Shown one piece after another: positions 1 to 9,828 of a stretch of 55,486 nt of DNA. The DNA comes from an uncultured Desulfurococcales archaeon. GTDB lineage: Archaea > Thermoproteota > Thermoprotei_A > Sulfolobales > CAZCAU01. Every line of letters starts with the position of its first letter. The first letter of the stretch is position 1. A program made the translations under genes and the position numbers. The notes beneath the pieces were generated by a model. The model was not told the DNA's origin and ran no database searches. It saw only the letters and a list, made by a program, of their open reading frames with translations. The stretch is taken from the NCBI GenBank assembly GCA_964496855.1, contig CAZCAU010000003.1, positions 1 through 55,486 on the forward strand, in the 5' to 3' direction.

Positions 1-2
1 CG

Positions 3-443
3 CTTATAATACTCCTAGGACTTGATGTTCTGGGTAAAGAGGTGTATACATTCGCTAAGTACAAGGATCTTATAGTAGGGGGTTTTGGCCATAAGCTCAC
101 CAGGAATGCTAGGATATTAGGGCTTAACACGATGATTGCTAATGAGTCTTCTAGTGGTAAGTTATTAGTATTGCAGAGTAATCAAGGCGTAGTGATTGCT
201 AAACCGTATGAGCACATACTCTGCGAGTACGAGATAAGCAATATTGAAAAAGAAGCTATAAATGCTTTGAGAGAATACATGATAGAGTTTGGCGCCCTGG
301 GGGCAACGGATATCATAAATGTACTTACAGCAAGACTAGGTGTGACACGCAATGAAGCTAGAGAGATTATCATGAGCCTTCTTGATAAGAAGCTTTTAAG
401 AAAAATAGGAAATAAGTTTCTACTCGAGATACCATTAGAGTAG
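3..443 (+). CDS. hypothetical protein, 5' partial, with a probable C-terminal winged-helix domain
   Basis: The frame is open from the window edge (LIILLGLDVLGKEV... precedes the GTG at 42). The C-terminus GATDIINVL..LGVTRNEAREIIMSLLDKKLLRKIG looks like a wHTH. Confidence 0.5.
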   Translation, partial: LIILLGLDVLGKEVYTFAKYKDLIVGGFGHKLTRNARILGLNTMIANESSSGKLLVLQSNQGVVIAKPYEHILCEYEISNIEKEAINALREYMIEFGALGATDIINVLTARLGVTRNEAREIIMSLLDKKLLRKIGNKFLLEIPLE

Positions 444-469
444 TCTTATCAGCTCTTAATTCCCCTTAG

Positions 470-3400
470 CTAATCTATGTGGATGATGGGTTTAAATGGA
501 AGCGGCTCTTCTTTCTTGACAGGTTTTTCAATGCCTGGTGCTCCATACTCGTATACTTTGATAGTTTTTGCTCCTAGCAGTCTTTTGAGAAACTCTATGT
601 TTTCCTCAATGATACTTCTCTCATCGAGAGCGCCTACACTAGTTATGAGTTTACGTGTTTTTGACGATAGTCTTACAGCTAGTTCAAACACTCTTTTTGC
701 AAGCTTCATTCGTTGTTGTCCATACTTTTCTGCTACTGTTCGCATGTATTCAGAGAGACGCTTTGATTCCTCTATGTGGTCAATAGCCTCTGTTAGTAAT
801 GAATATAGTTCGCGTGGTGCAGTATAGATACTAATGGTATTAGGAGTCTTCCTTGTAACTCTTAGAATACTCTTAATGTCTTCAAGGAGATTAACTATGT
901 AGTCATTCGATAACTCTAGGTAGTCATCAATGTACTTCTCATCGGCTGTTGGCCAAGCATGCTCTTCTATAAATCCTTGCTTTCCTAGCCTAGTCCAGAG
1001 TTCCTGAGCTGTGAAAGGTGCTAGTGGGCTCATGATCCTTGCCAGCATCGAGAATAAGTATTTGAATAAGACACCATTAGAGTTATCAGTAAGTGCATCT
1101 TCTATACTGCTGTAGCCTTCTCGCTGTAAATACCATTTTATATCCTCCTCTATTTCGTAGAATATTATTGTAGCTGCTTCTCTGAACCTAAAGTTCTCCA
1201 TTGCATTTTCTATTTGTTTAAGTCTTCTATGGAACCTGTTTATAAGCCATAGCTGATTCTTATTCCAGTTTCTTGTTTCCATATCATCACTGTATCCGGA
1301 GAGCTTATTCGCAAGATCAAGTAGTCGGACTAGTAGCTCAGCAAAGGATTTAGCAACAGAGTCTTTGAAGTCAGCGTCTTGTCCGAGCTCTGCCCCACTT
1401 ATGAGTGCTAATCTCACAGGGTCGGGTCCGTATTTCGTGATAGCGTGTTTGAGAGGAACAATATTTCTTAGGCTTTTACTCATCTTGCTTCCTTCATAGA
1501 GGACGAAGCCGTTAACTACAATTTGTTTGGGCCATTTCTCCTCGGGAAATATTGCTGCGTGGTTGAATATGAAGAATGTGAGATGATTCTGTACTAGATC
1601 CTTACCACTATGTCTGCTATCGAGTGGATACCAGTAGTCAAATTCTGAGCGGAGTTCTTCCAGAATCTCCTTTTTAATACCAATGGTTCTAGCAAGTTTT
1701 TCTGGACTACCTTTTCCAAGCATTACATAGTCCCAGAACTCTATAGTTAGTTTATCTGCTGGTATCTTATACTTCCTGATTTTATGTACTATCGTGTAGA
1801 AGGCCATATATATTGTAGAATCGCTAAGGCTCTCAATAACCCATTCTGGGTTCCAAGGTAGACGTGTTCCCAGACCTCTAGTTCTCGCACAAGCACGCCT
1901 TCGGAGCCATTCAACTGTGTATTCGAAGTCTTTCCTTAATTCTTTCGGGATTATCTTCATTCTCGACAGAAGAGTTCTAGCAAGGCTTTTCCAGCCTGGA
2001 TCGCCATAGTTAATAAACCACTGGTCCTCCAGGATCTTAACCACTATTTCGTTGCCACACCTACAATAAACAGGTTTGTTTGCGATCTCGTACATAGGCT
2101 TAGCTAGGCGGCTTCCGTAAAGCCACTTCTTTATATTCTCACGAGCTTCTGATACCTGTTTGTTTACAATCCACTCGGTGAGAAAGCCCTGGATTAGTCT
2201 TTTAACATAGCTGTTGGAGAAAACTACTTGTGATACTATGTCTTTACGCATAACGCCGCTCCTATACTCGACAGAGTATACCTGTTTTGTGGCTTCCTCT
2301 AGTTTCTCCCTCTCTCCCTGGGATTTAATACCCATACGTGAGACTACATCACGGGCTGGAATATCACTATAGCCCTCCACCTTTATCAGTGGTATGGGTA
2401 CGAGTTCCTCCTCTTTTACCCCTAATTTATTTAGAAGCGCTTTGCCCTCGTTGTTTCCTATTAACTCGTTGAGAGCAACATAATCGAAGGGGGCATGTGC
2501 TGGGACGCTCATTACTACTCCGCTACCTGTGTCTGGGTCGACGAATGAGGCTGGGAGTACCGGTACTTCCCTACCTGTTATTGGGTTAAGTGCTCGTAGT
2601 CCTATGAGTTCTATCCCCTTTATCTTTACTCCTGTATCTCTTAGATTCTTATATTGAAATGAAAGCTTCCAGAAAGCCCGCTTACTAAGAACCAGTTTGA
2701 CACCGTCGAGTTCCGCTACTATATATTCCGTCTCAGGGTTTACCCAGATATTTGTTACACCAAATACCGTTTCCGGTCTAAGCGTAGCTGTCGGAAGCAC
2801 TATTTTATCGTTGTTAAAAGAGGTTTCAAAGAATATCAAGGTAAACTCCGTAATCTCGGGCTCCACGTCTCCTTTAGTATCATGCATACCCACAGGCATG
2901 TTGTGCGCAGGACACCAACCTACAGGATGTGTTCCTTGCTCAATATAACCCTTCTTACGTAGTGTCTCAAATTGCCAACGGATAAAGCTGCTGAATTCTG
3001 GGTCGATACTTACAAACTCACGGCGCCAATCAATACTTATACCTAGCATTGTTAAGGCTTCTTTGAATTCTTTATGAAAATATCTTGCCATACCGAGAGG
3101 AGTCTTAAGCTTCTCTATATCCTCTCTGGGGACGCCATAAACGTTTATGAAAAGATCTATTAATTCCTCATCGTTATTTGCTACAGCCTCAGCCATTGTT
3201 AGTATGGGTGTCCCCGTATAGTGGAAACCTAGTGGAAATAGTACATTATAGCCTCTTAAACGCATGTATCTCGCATAGATGTCTGCAACAGTATATGTCC
3301 TCCCATGGCCTATATGAGGCGGGCTATTAGGGTAAGGGAAAGCTGCTGTGATAAAGAATTTTGGTCTCCCAGGTTCTGGATCTGCCTCGTATAATCTTGC

Positions 3401-3472
3401 CTCGCTCCACTTAGAAATCCATTTTTCCGATATAGTTATTAGAGACTTCTCCTCCGCAACAATAAGCATCAC
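470..3472 (-). CDS. leuS: leucine--tRNA ligase (archaeal/eukaryal type)
   Basis: FPYPNSPPHIGH (HIGH) and KMSKS motifs, ATLRPET and GSGVVMSVPAHAPFD editing-domain motifs, about 1000 aa. Confidence 0.97.
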   Translation of the reverse strand: MMLIVAEEKSLITISEKWISKWSEARLYEADPEPGRPKFFITAAFPYPNSPPHIGHGRTYTVADIYARYMRLRGYNVLFPLGFHYTGTPILTMAEAVANNDEELIDLFINVYGVPREDIEKLKTPLGMARYFHKEFKEALTMLGISIDWRREFVSIDPEFSSFIRWQFETLRKKGYIEQGTHPVGWCPAHNMPVGMHDTKGDVEPEITEFTLIFFETSFNNDKIVLPTATLRPETVFGVTNIWVNPETEYIVAELDGVKLVLSKRAFWKLSFQYKNLRDTGVKIKGIELIGLRALNPITGREVPVLPASFVDPDTGSGVVMSVPAHAPFDYVALNELIGNNEGKALLNKLGVKEEELVPIPLIKVEGYSDIPARDVVSRMGIKSQGEREKLEEATKQVYSVEYRSGVMRKDIVSQVVFSNSYVKRLIQGFLTEWIVNKQVSEARENIKKWLYGSRLAKPMYEIANKPVYCRCGNEIVVKILEDQWFINYGDPGWKSLARTLLSRMKIIPKELRKDFEYTVEWLRRRACARTRGLGTRLPWNPEWVIESLSDSTIYMAFYTIVHKIRKYKIPADKLTIEFWDYVMLGKGSPEKLARTIGIKKEILEELRSEFDYWYPLDSRHSGKDLVQNHLTFFIFNHAAIFPEEKWPKQIVVNGFVLYEGSKMSKSLRNIVPLKHAITKYGPDPVRLALISGAELGQDADFKDSVAKSFAELLVRLLDLANKLSGYSDDMETRNWNKNQLWLINRFHRRLKQIENAMENFRFREAATIIFYEIEEDIKWYLQREGYSSIEDALTDNSNGVLFKYLFSMLARIMSPLAPFTAQELWTRLGKQGFIEEHAWPTADEKYIDDYLELSNDYIVNLLEDIKSILRVTRKTPNTISIYTAPRELYSLLTEAIDHIEESKRLSEYMRTVAEKYGQQRMKLAKRVFELAVRLSSKTRKLITSVGALDERSIIEENIEFLKRLLGAKTIKVYEYGAPGIEKPVKKEEPLPFKPIIHID

Positions 3473-3551
3473 ACAGCTTCACATTATTATAGTGTGGGGT
3501 TCAAAAATTTTTCCTACACGTCTTAATTAGGTTACAAGTACATTAAAAATA

Positions 3552-4433
3552 ATGAGGAGGGAGAGGCACTTGAATCACGTTGTTGCTGATGCACATTGTC
3601 ATACAAACCCGGTGAGAGGCACAGGGGCTAGAGTTATAGCTGAGAAGTTTAAGAAGTCTGGTGGCTGGTTCATAGCTATAGTTAGTCTGCCACCATGGAG
3701 TTATGGGTTGGGAGGGAGTCTTCTGGATGATTATAAGAAGGTCGTCGAGATACTATTACACGAATGCGAGAATGCCAAAGAAGCTGGTCTTGAGGTTTCA
3801 TGTATAGGGGGGTTTCATCCAGCAATCATAGATAGGCTTGCTGACCAAGGAATGGAGTTAGAAAAAGTGAGAGAGCTTGGACTTAAAGTCATAGATTATG
3901 TAGCAACACTTTGTAGACAAGGTGTTCTTGATGGTATTGGAGAAGTAGGCAGACAACATTATAAGACAATGCCTGAACGAGTAGTTCTAGCTGAGGAGCT
4001 TTTGGAATACACACTGGAAGTAGCTAGGGATAACAACTGTATAGTCCACTTACACCTGGAAAACGCTGGTACATATACTGTTAGCAGTGTTTCCAGAACA
4101 ATGAGAAAGATTGGTCTACGCAACCCTACTAGGATAATATTTCACCATGTTACTACACGTATGTTAGCATATATTGTGGACAACAACCTGAGTAGCACAG
4201 TGCCAGGATTAGAGGGAGTTTTACTCAAGATTGCTGAGCAAAAAATAGAGCCTAGGTATATGATTGAATCTGATTACATTGATGACCCGAAAAGACCTGG
4301 CGTAGTAACTTATCCATGGAACCTATCCATGGTCCAGAAAAGACTGTTCGAAAAAGGGCTTTTTGATGAAGACTACTTGTTCAAAATTAACGTAGACATG
4401 ATAGAAAAGGTCTATGATAAAAGATATAAGTGA
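3552..4433 (+). CDS. TatD-family metal-dependent hydrolase
   Basis: DAHCH, GFHP, GIGEVGRQHY, LHLE, FHH and ESDYIDDP motifs of archaeal TatD-like proteins. Confidence 0.85.
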   Translation: MRRERHLNHVVADAHCHTNPVRGTGARVIAEKFKKSGGWFIAIVSLPPWSYGLGGSLLDDYKKVVEILLHECENAKEAGLEVSCIGGFHPAIIDRLADQGMELEKVRELGLKVIDYVATLCRQGVLDGIGEVGRQHYKTMPERVVLAEELLEYTLEVARDNNCIVHLHLENAGTYTVSSVSRTMRKIGLRNPTRIIFHHVTTRMLAYIVDNNLSSTVPGLEGVLLKIAEQKIEPRYMIESDYIDDPKRPGVVTYPWNLSMVQKRLFEKGLFDEDYLFKINVDMIEKVYDKRYK

Positions 4434-4445
4434 TCTTCTATTGGC

Positions 4446-5843
4446 TTAGCGGCCTTTTCTTATCTTGAAATAGTACTTTACAAGCTGGGAATACGCATAT
4501 ACTGCACGTTCAGGTATACTAAAGGTTGGTATATGGTTCTTCTCGAGCATCATCATAGCATCCATAGCTTCTTTTCCACCGATCATTGATACAAGTACTG
4601 GCTTGCTGAAGCCCTTCTCCTTGGCATCTTTTACGACTTTTAGTATGGCTTCAGCTAGCTTTTTAAAGTCGAGTACAGCTGTTTGGCATACTAAGATTAT
4701 TACTCCACCTACTCTGTCATCTTGTAAAGCCTCCATTAGACTACCGCTGTACTCTACATCTGTTGCCTGGCCAGTTATGTCTACAGGGTTATGTGGTGAT
4801 CCGAACCATGGCATGTGTTTACGGAATCGTTCTTTAAGATCCTCTGGTACCTCTAATAGCTCTACACCATACTTCTCTGTTGCATCTGTGGCCATAACGC
4901 CTGCTCCGCCACCGTTTGTTATGATCAGTAGTTTATCGTTGAGAGGTGGTGGAGAATATGCTAGAGCTCTGGCTACGTCGAATAGCTCCTCGATAGTGTC
5001 AACACGTATAACTCCTGCTCTGCGGAACGCTGCATCATATACTACATCAGCGCCTGCAAGGGATCCTGTATGTGAGGCAATTGCTCTTTGCCCTCTCCTA
5101 GACCTACCCGCCTTTATTATCACAACAGGTTTCTTCTTAGTTATCATGCTCATTTTTTCGAGGAATTCTTTGCCACGACCCTCTTTTAAGCCCTCTAGGT
5201 ATATGGTTATAACCGCCGTATTAGGATCCTCTGCTAGGAATTCTGAAATCTCTATAGCGTCTAGATCCGACATGTTACCTATACTAACTATCGTTGACAA
5301 GCCTATGCCCATAGTGACGGTCCAGCCCATTAATGCTATGCCTAGAGCACCACTCTGTGTTATGAAGCCTATCTTACCTGGCAATAACTCTGGTGGACCA
5401 AATGTTGCATTAAGATTCGCGGGTGCGTATGCTATACCGAAGATGTTGGGACCCAGTATCCTCATACCATACTTGCGTGCCGTCTCCACTAGCTTTTTCT
5501 CAAGTTCTACATTACCGACTTCAGAGAAACCTGAGGTTATCACGACTAAGAATTTCGCGCCTTTTTCACCAGCCTCTTCTGCAACACTTATAGTTTTGTC
5601 TGCTGGAACAGCCACAATTACTACATTAGGCGCTTCTGGTAATTCTTTTAGTGAAGGATAACACCTCACACCTAGAATCTCTTCAGCATGTGGGTTTACT
5701 GGGTATATCCGACCCTTATAACCACTCTCTAGTAGGTTCTGTAAGATTACATAGCCTATCTTGCCCGGCTTTCTCGAAGCCCCCACTATCGCTATGCTCT
5801 CAGGCATAAATAATTTAACCATTTTATCATACGCAGATGTCAA
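4446..5843 (-). CDS. acdA: ADP-forming acetate/acyl--CoA ligase subunit alpha
   Basis: AIVGAS..GKIG CoA-binding fold, LGPN, TQSGALG, ASHTGSLAG (phospho-His), TNGGGAG and NPVD motifs. Start moved to the TTG at 5843, which follows a GAGGT RBS. Confidence 0.92.
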   Translation of the reverse strand: MTSAYDKMVKLFMPESIAIVGASRKPGKIGYVILQNLLESGYKGRIYPVNPHAEEILGVRCYPSLKELPEAPNVVIVAVPADKTISVAEEAGEKGAKFLVVITSGFSEVGNVELEKKLVETARKYGMRILGPNIFGIAYAPANLNATFGPPELLPGKIGFITQSGALGIALMGWTVTMGIGLSTIVSIGNMSDLDAIEISEFLAEDPNTAVITIYLEGLKEGRGKEFLEKMSMITKKKPVVIIKAGRSRRGQRAIASHTGSLAGADVVYDAAFRRAGVIRVDTIEELFDVARALAYSPPPLNDKLLIITNGGGAGVMATDATEKYGVELLEVPEDLKERFRKHMPWFGSPHNPVDITGQATDVEYSGSLMEALQDDRVGGVIILVCQTAVLDFKKLAEAILKVVKDAKEKGFSKPVLVSMIGGKEAMDAMMMLEKNHIPTFSIPERAVYAYSQLVKYYFKIRKGR

Positions 5844-5960
5844 ATCTCGAATACCTCGACAAGATGTTTTCAAAAAGAGGTCTCCGCTTTTACTGTAGTT
5901 TACAATAGTTATAAAAGTATTGCTTGAAAATAATAATTTCATAAGCATAGTAAATTATTT

Positions 5961-7283
5961 TTACCACTGTATAACTTTAATCGCTTCTTTCTCATCAAGG
6001 TTTACTACTCTAAAATAAGTATCAGAGATCCTCTTTAAGTCAGGATTAGAGCCCTGAACCATTACTGTGTGAAGCTTTGCTTTACTACTAAGCAAAGATC
6101 TTCTCGTAGCTTCTATTGCTATACGGTCTTCGCCATCAGTTATCAATATTATATCACTAACGCCTTTCACTAATCTTCTCTTAATATCCTCTGAGGCTAT
6201 GATGATTGCTCTAGTTATATCTGTCCCACCGACAGCTGATGTCTTTGCGATGTAGTTCAAGAGTTTAATCACGTCCTTATGCTTTACGCGTCTACTAATG
6301 CTAACCGGTGGATACGGTATGCTATCAAAAAATCTCGCTATAAATAATCTATGCTCTTTGACCGCCTTCTTAGCAAGAGCCAGTGCTACAGCTTTGGCCC
6401 ACAATATCTTCTTCCCAACCATGCTACCGCTCTTGTCTAAGAGTACGTAAAGCGAGCCTGGCTCTTCGAATATTCTCTTATCATACAAGAGAAGACTGCC
6501 TTCCACATATTGTATCATAAATAGTAGCTTAGGTAGCGAGTACTGGTAGGGTACTACCTCCTCTATATCTCTTCCTACGGTATATCCGTGTATTTCTCCC
6601 CTGGAGACAGGGTAGGACTTTTTCTTCATGGGGAATTTAAATCCTTCTATTCTCGACAAATACTCTAGTATAGCTTGCACATTAGTGTTCTCAGCCAATT
6701 TTAACACATGAAAAGCTGTATCCTCACTAGCATACACAGATGACGTACCTGCGGATAAGCCCGATACAAAATATTCTATCTCCTTAGTTCTCTCAGTAGT
6801 GTTTAATGTTTCTCTAAGAGCCTCCTCTATAAGCTGCTTATTTATTACGCGCTTCGTCTCTTGTGTTACTTCATGCAAGAAGTTTCTTGTCTGATTCTGT
6901 TCGTTCTCTCTTCCTCCAGGTTTCCGTTTTTGAATGCTTGCATAGAGTTTGTAAAGAAATGTTGCAGATGCAACACTGCTGGTAGTTATATCTACTATAG
7001 TGTGTTTCCTTATAGAATCAAGTGTGCTTGAAGACATTAAGTTACTTATAAACATGTATCTTTCTTTCTCGCTCTCGGTTTTCATCTCTTCATGGTTTCT
7101 TAGAACAGGGTATGGCAAATAGAATGCGTAGAATATATCAATGATGGTTAACAAGTCAAAACTATTTACAGCATTTTTATCTATACGCTCGAGGAGACTT
7201 AGTGTTCTCTCGCCCCGGTATCTTATATGTGGTTTGCTTACATCAATATTCTTAAAAGAGCTTTTCTCGCTAGGTGTCTTCAT
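5961..7283 (-). CDS. VWA (von Willebrand A) domain protein, ViaA-like MoxR partner
   Basis: MIDAS motif LDKSGSM ... GGTDI ... ITDGED. Lies 3 bp downstream of the MoxR ATPase gene. Confidence 0.88.
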   Translation of the reverse strand: MKTPSEKSSFKNIDVSKPHIRYRGERTLSLLERIDKNAVNSFDLLTIIDIFYAFYLPYPVLRNHEEMKTESEKERYMFISNLMSSSTLDSIRKHTIVDITTSSVASATFLYKLYASIQKRKPGGRENEQNQTRNFLHEVTQETKRVINKQLIEEALRETLNTTERTKEIEYFVSGLSAGTSSVYASEDTAFHVLKLAENTNVQAILEYLSRIEGFKFPMKKKSYPVSRGEIHGYTVGRDIEEVVPYQYSLPKLLFMIQYVEGSLLLYDKRIFEEPGSLYVLLDKSGSMVGKKILWAKAVALALAKKAVKEHRLFIARFFDSIPYPPVSISRRVKHKDVIKLLNYIAKTSAVGGTDITRAIIIASEDIKRRLVKGVSDIILITDGEDRIAIEATRRSLLSSKAKLHTVMVQGSNPDLKRISDTYFRVVNLDEKEAIKVIQW

Positions 7284-7286
7284 TGC

Positions 7287-8429
7287 CTACATACCTAGCT
7301 TACTGCTTATACGCGCGAGTAGCTTGTCTATTTGCACAAGTATGTCATTTATGAGAATCATGATATTCTCGTTTTCAACATCTCTTTGCATACCGAGTAC
7401 TCTGTTTCGTGTTATTTTGAGACTACGGTATATCTCTATAAGTCTTGGATCATAGTTCTTCATATCTTCAATAAGGCTAGCAACGTCTCTGAGATTGTTC
7501 TCGATCTCGTTTAACTCTCTTATTATCCTCTCAGTAGTCTTTAGCTCTTCTGAGAGAATTATGTTAACACGTTCAAAATCATCAGGATCGCTTGGCGCAA
7601 CGTATTTGAGAGCCATTAGATCTTCTTCTATTGCTTCAAGCCTTCCGTTTAAGAGCGCGTGCGCGGCTATTATCTTTAAGGCTTTTCCTTTTCTTCTATC
7701 ACTTAAATGAAGCCCTTTGTCTTCTAACACTGCTAGTATTTTAAATAATTTGTTTTTAATGTTCTCAATGTTTACTTTGAATAACATGTGATGAATTCTC
7801 TCTATATCTTTAAGTGTCGTAATTGCAGGTACATTCATGTAGTCGATGATTTCAAGCTTCCAAGATGCTTCTAAAAGCTTATCCCATTTGTTCTCTGGGA
7901 CCGGGGAAACTTTATGCCTTAGTGTAAATCTATCATATAGAGCATCTAATTCTGGGTCATCTGGCACCCTATTCGTTGCTGCAAATAAGCACCAGAGGGG
8001 AACTCTTAGCTCGGTGTACCCATCGTATATTATACGCTCTTGTAACAGTGTGAGTAATGTATTGAGTATGGCGGAGTTTGCATTAAAGATCTCATCTAAG
8101 AATGCTATTTCGGCCTCGGGTAGTTTATTTGCTGTTATCCTCTTGTATTCTCCCTGCTGTAGAGCAACAATATCGAGTGGACCAAATAACTCGCTTGGCT
8201 CGGTATATCTCGTTAAAAGGTACTTGAAGAAACGTGCTTTTATTAAAGAAGAAGCTCTTCTAACAAGTGCACTTTTAGCTGTACCAGGTTCCCCGATTAG
8301 GAGAAGATGTTCTCGGCTCAACAGGGCTAGTACTATGGTTTTAGCTTCTTCTTCTCTACCTACGAAGGGATCTGAAATACTTTTCAATAGGTCTCCAGGC
8401 AAGCTCAGTAATTTGGAGTTCTCGGTCAT
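7287..8429 (-). CDS. MoxR-family AAA+ ATPase (RavA-like)
   Basis: Walker A GEPGTAKS, TEPSELFGP, Walker B FLDEIF, ALYDRF and LSDRR motifs. Confidence 0.92.
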   Translation of the reverse strand: MTENSKLLSLPGDLLKSISDPFVGREEEAKTIVLALLSREHLLLIGEPGTAKSALVRRASSLIKARFFKYLLTRYTEPSELFGPLDIVALQQGEYKRITANKLPEAEIAFLDEIFNANSAILNTLLTLLQERIIYDGYTELRVPLWCLFAATNRVPDDPELDALYDRFTLRHKVSPVPENKWDKLLEASWKLEIIDYMNVPAITTLKDIERIHHMLFKVNIENIKNKLFKILAVLEDKGLHLSDRRKGKALKIIAAHALLNGRLEAIEEDLMALKYVAPSDPDDFERVNIILSEELKTTERIIRELNEIENNLRDVASLIEDMKNYDPRLIEIYRSLKITRNRVLGMQRDVENENIMILINDILVQIDKLLARISSKLGM

Positions 8430-8544
8430 TGTCTCCAGCTCGGTAAAATTATATTTGCACTAACTAAACCTTATAATGAATGAAGAAGTAAGCCTCTAAA
8501 TATTGTTTGCTCTCTTCATAAAGCAGTAATCTATCATATGAGCT

Positions 8545-8606
8545 ATGAAGAACCCCGGTTTTTAGCCGAGAAGGAGAACGTCGATGACGACGAGTTACTC
8601 TGCTGA
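8545..8606 (+). ncRNA. candidate box C/D guide sRNA
   Basis: C box ATGAAGA (8545), guide ACCCCGGTTTTTAG, D' CCGA (8566), C' ATGACGA (8584), guide CGAGTTACTCTG, D box CTGA (8603). The 62-nt length and box spacing are canonical. Confidence 0.65.
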
Positions 8607-9159
8607 GCATCCCCGCCTTGGAACGATTGTTATCGGGAACTGTGTACCTTTAAGAAAATGCAAGGGACTATACTTGTTAATACTAGATGTTCCACGAGAC
8701 ATCATACTACTTACTAAGCGTAGAAAGTTCATTATTAAGAGAGGAAAATACGTTTATGTAGGATCAGCATTCCAGCAAGGTGGTTTACCTGCGAGAATAA
8801 ATAGGCATTTACATGATAAGAAGAAGCTTTTTTGGCACATCGATTTCTTGCTTCAATATTCTATCATCAATACAGTGATCTTGATAACCTCTTTTTCTCG
8901 TAAAAGAGATCTAGAAGCCAAGATATCGTATTGTATATGGAAGAAAAAGTTCTTCGAGCCGATAAGAGGGTTTGGAGCAAGCGATTTAAAGTCAGTCTTA
9001 ACAAACCTTTACCGGTATAAAAGAAGTAATAATGACATTACGGAATTAGAAAATTATTTACTAGAGATTCTTCTCACCACAAATCTTGGCAAAGAGCTGA
9101 ACCAAGCGTTCATTATCCTTGCAAGAATCTTTAAAAGAAGAGATAAACGTAAAACATAG
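8584..9159 (+). CDS. GIY-YIG / Uri superfamily endonuclease (DUF123)
   Basis: KGLYLLIL..GKYVYVGSA..RINRH..WHIDFLL..GFGASD motifs. Start codon is uncertain because it coincides with the sRNA C' box. Confidence 0.8.
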   Translation: MTTSYSAEHPRLGTIVIGNCVPLRKCKGLYLLILDVPRDIILLTKRRKFIIKRGKYVYVGSAFQQGGLPARINRHLHDKKKLFWHIDFLLQYSIINTVILITSFSRKRDLEAKISYCIWKKKFFEPIRGFGASDLKSVLTNLYRYKRSNNDITELENYLLEILLTTNLGKELNQAFIILARIFKRRDKRKT

Positions 9160-9224
9160 ACAAAACCTTAATATAGCTCGGTGTCTCATACCACTCCAGT
9201 TAAGTCGTGTGAGTTCGTGTTAAA

Positions 9225-9662
9225 ATGTCTAGTTCTAGAGAAAGAAAAATAATAAGTTTAAGAGAAGACGAGAGTAACATAAGTGTAAAAGGCCTCGTGA
9301 TAGAGAGTGGGGAACCCCGTGTAGTTGAGACCCGAAAGGGACCACGTACCCTGAGCGAAGCCATAATAGGCGATGAGACAGGCCGTATAAAGGTCACATT
9401 ATGGGGTAAGCACGCTGGTACACTAAAAGAAGGACAAGCCGTAAGAATAGAGGGAGGATGGACTACTAGTTTTAAAGGGAAAGTACAATTAAATGTAGGT
9501 TCTCGGAGTAACATAGAAGTCTTAGAAGACTCGGATGTACCTTCTAAAGAAGAGATACCGGAGGATATGCCACAGGCTACACGCGCACCAAGAGCAAGTG
9601 GTCGATGGCAAGGTAGTGGTCGTGGCCAGAGGTCTCCGGGTAGAAGAAGATCTTGGTACTAA
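9225..9662 (+). CDS. ssb: crenarchaeal single-stranded DNA-binding protein (one OB fold plus Gly/Arg-rich tail)
   Basis: IGDETGRIKVTLWG and GWTTSFKGKVQLNVG motifs, followed by a flexible R/G tail. Confidence 0.92.
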   Translation: MSSSRERKIISLREDESNISVKGLVIESGEPRVVETRKGPRTLSEAIIGDETGRIKVTLWGKHAGTLKEGQAVRIEGGWTTSFKGKVQLNVGSRSNIEVLEDSDVPSKEEIPEDMPQATRAPRASGRWQGSGRGQRSPGRRRSWY

Positions 9663-9828
9663 TAAGAGAATTATCAATAAAGACTTGACAATAGCGTAAG
9701 CGTATTCGAAGTAGTAGTGAAAGTAGATCTTAGCCCAACTTCCTTTATCTAATCTTTAATTATTTTACCTTCAGAGAAGTTTCATCTTAATAACTGTGTA
9801 TAGTGAATAATAGCCTAGGTTTGAGGAA

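Noticed and set aside
4603-5661. 352-aa antisense ORF, and many other 60-205-aa antisense ORFs in the track
   Set aside because: They are shadows of well-supported genes on the opposite strand, Ser/Ile-rich and without motifs.
8547-8583. GAAGAACCCCGGTTTTTAGCCGAGAAGGAGAACGTC superficially resembles an IS200/IS605/IS607 right-end hairpin
   Set aside because: The hairpin is weak, there is no tnpA/tnpB remnant nearby, and the C/D box layout explains the sequence better.
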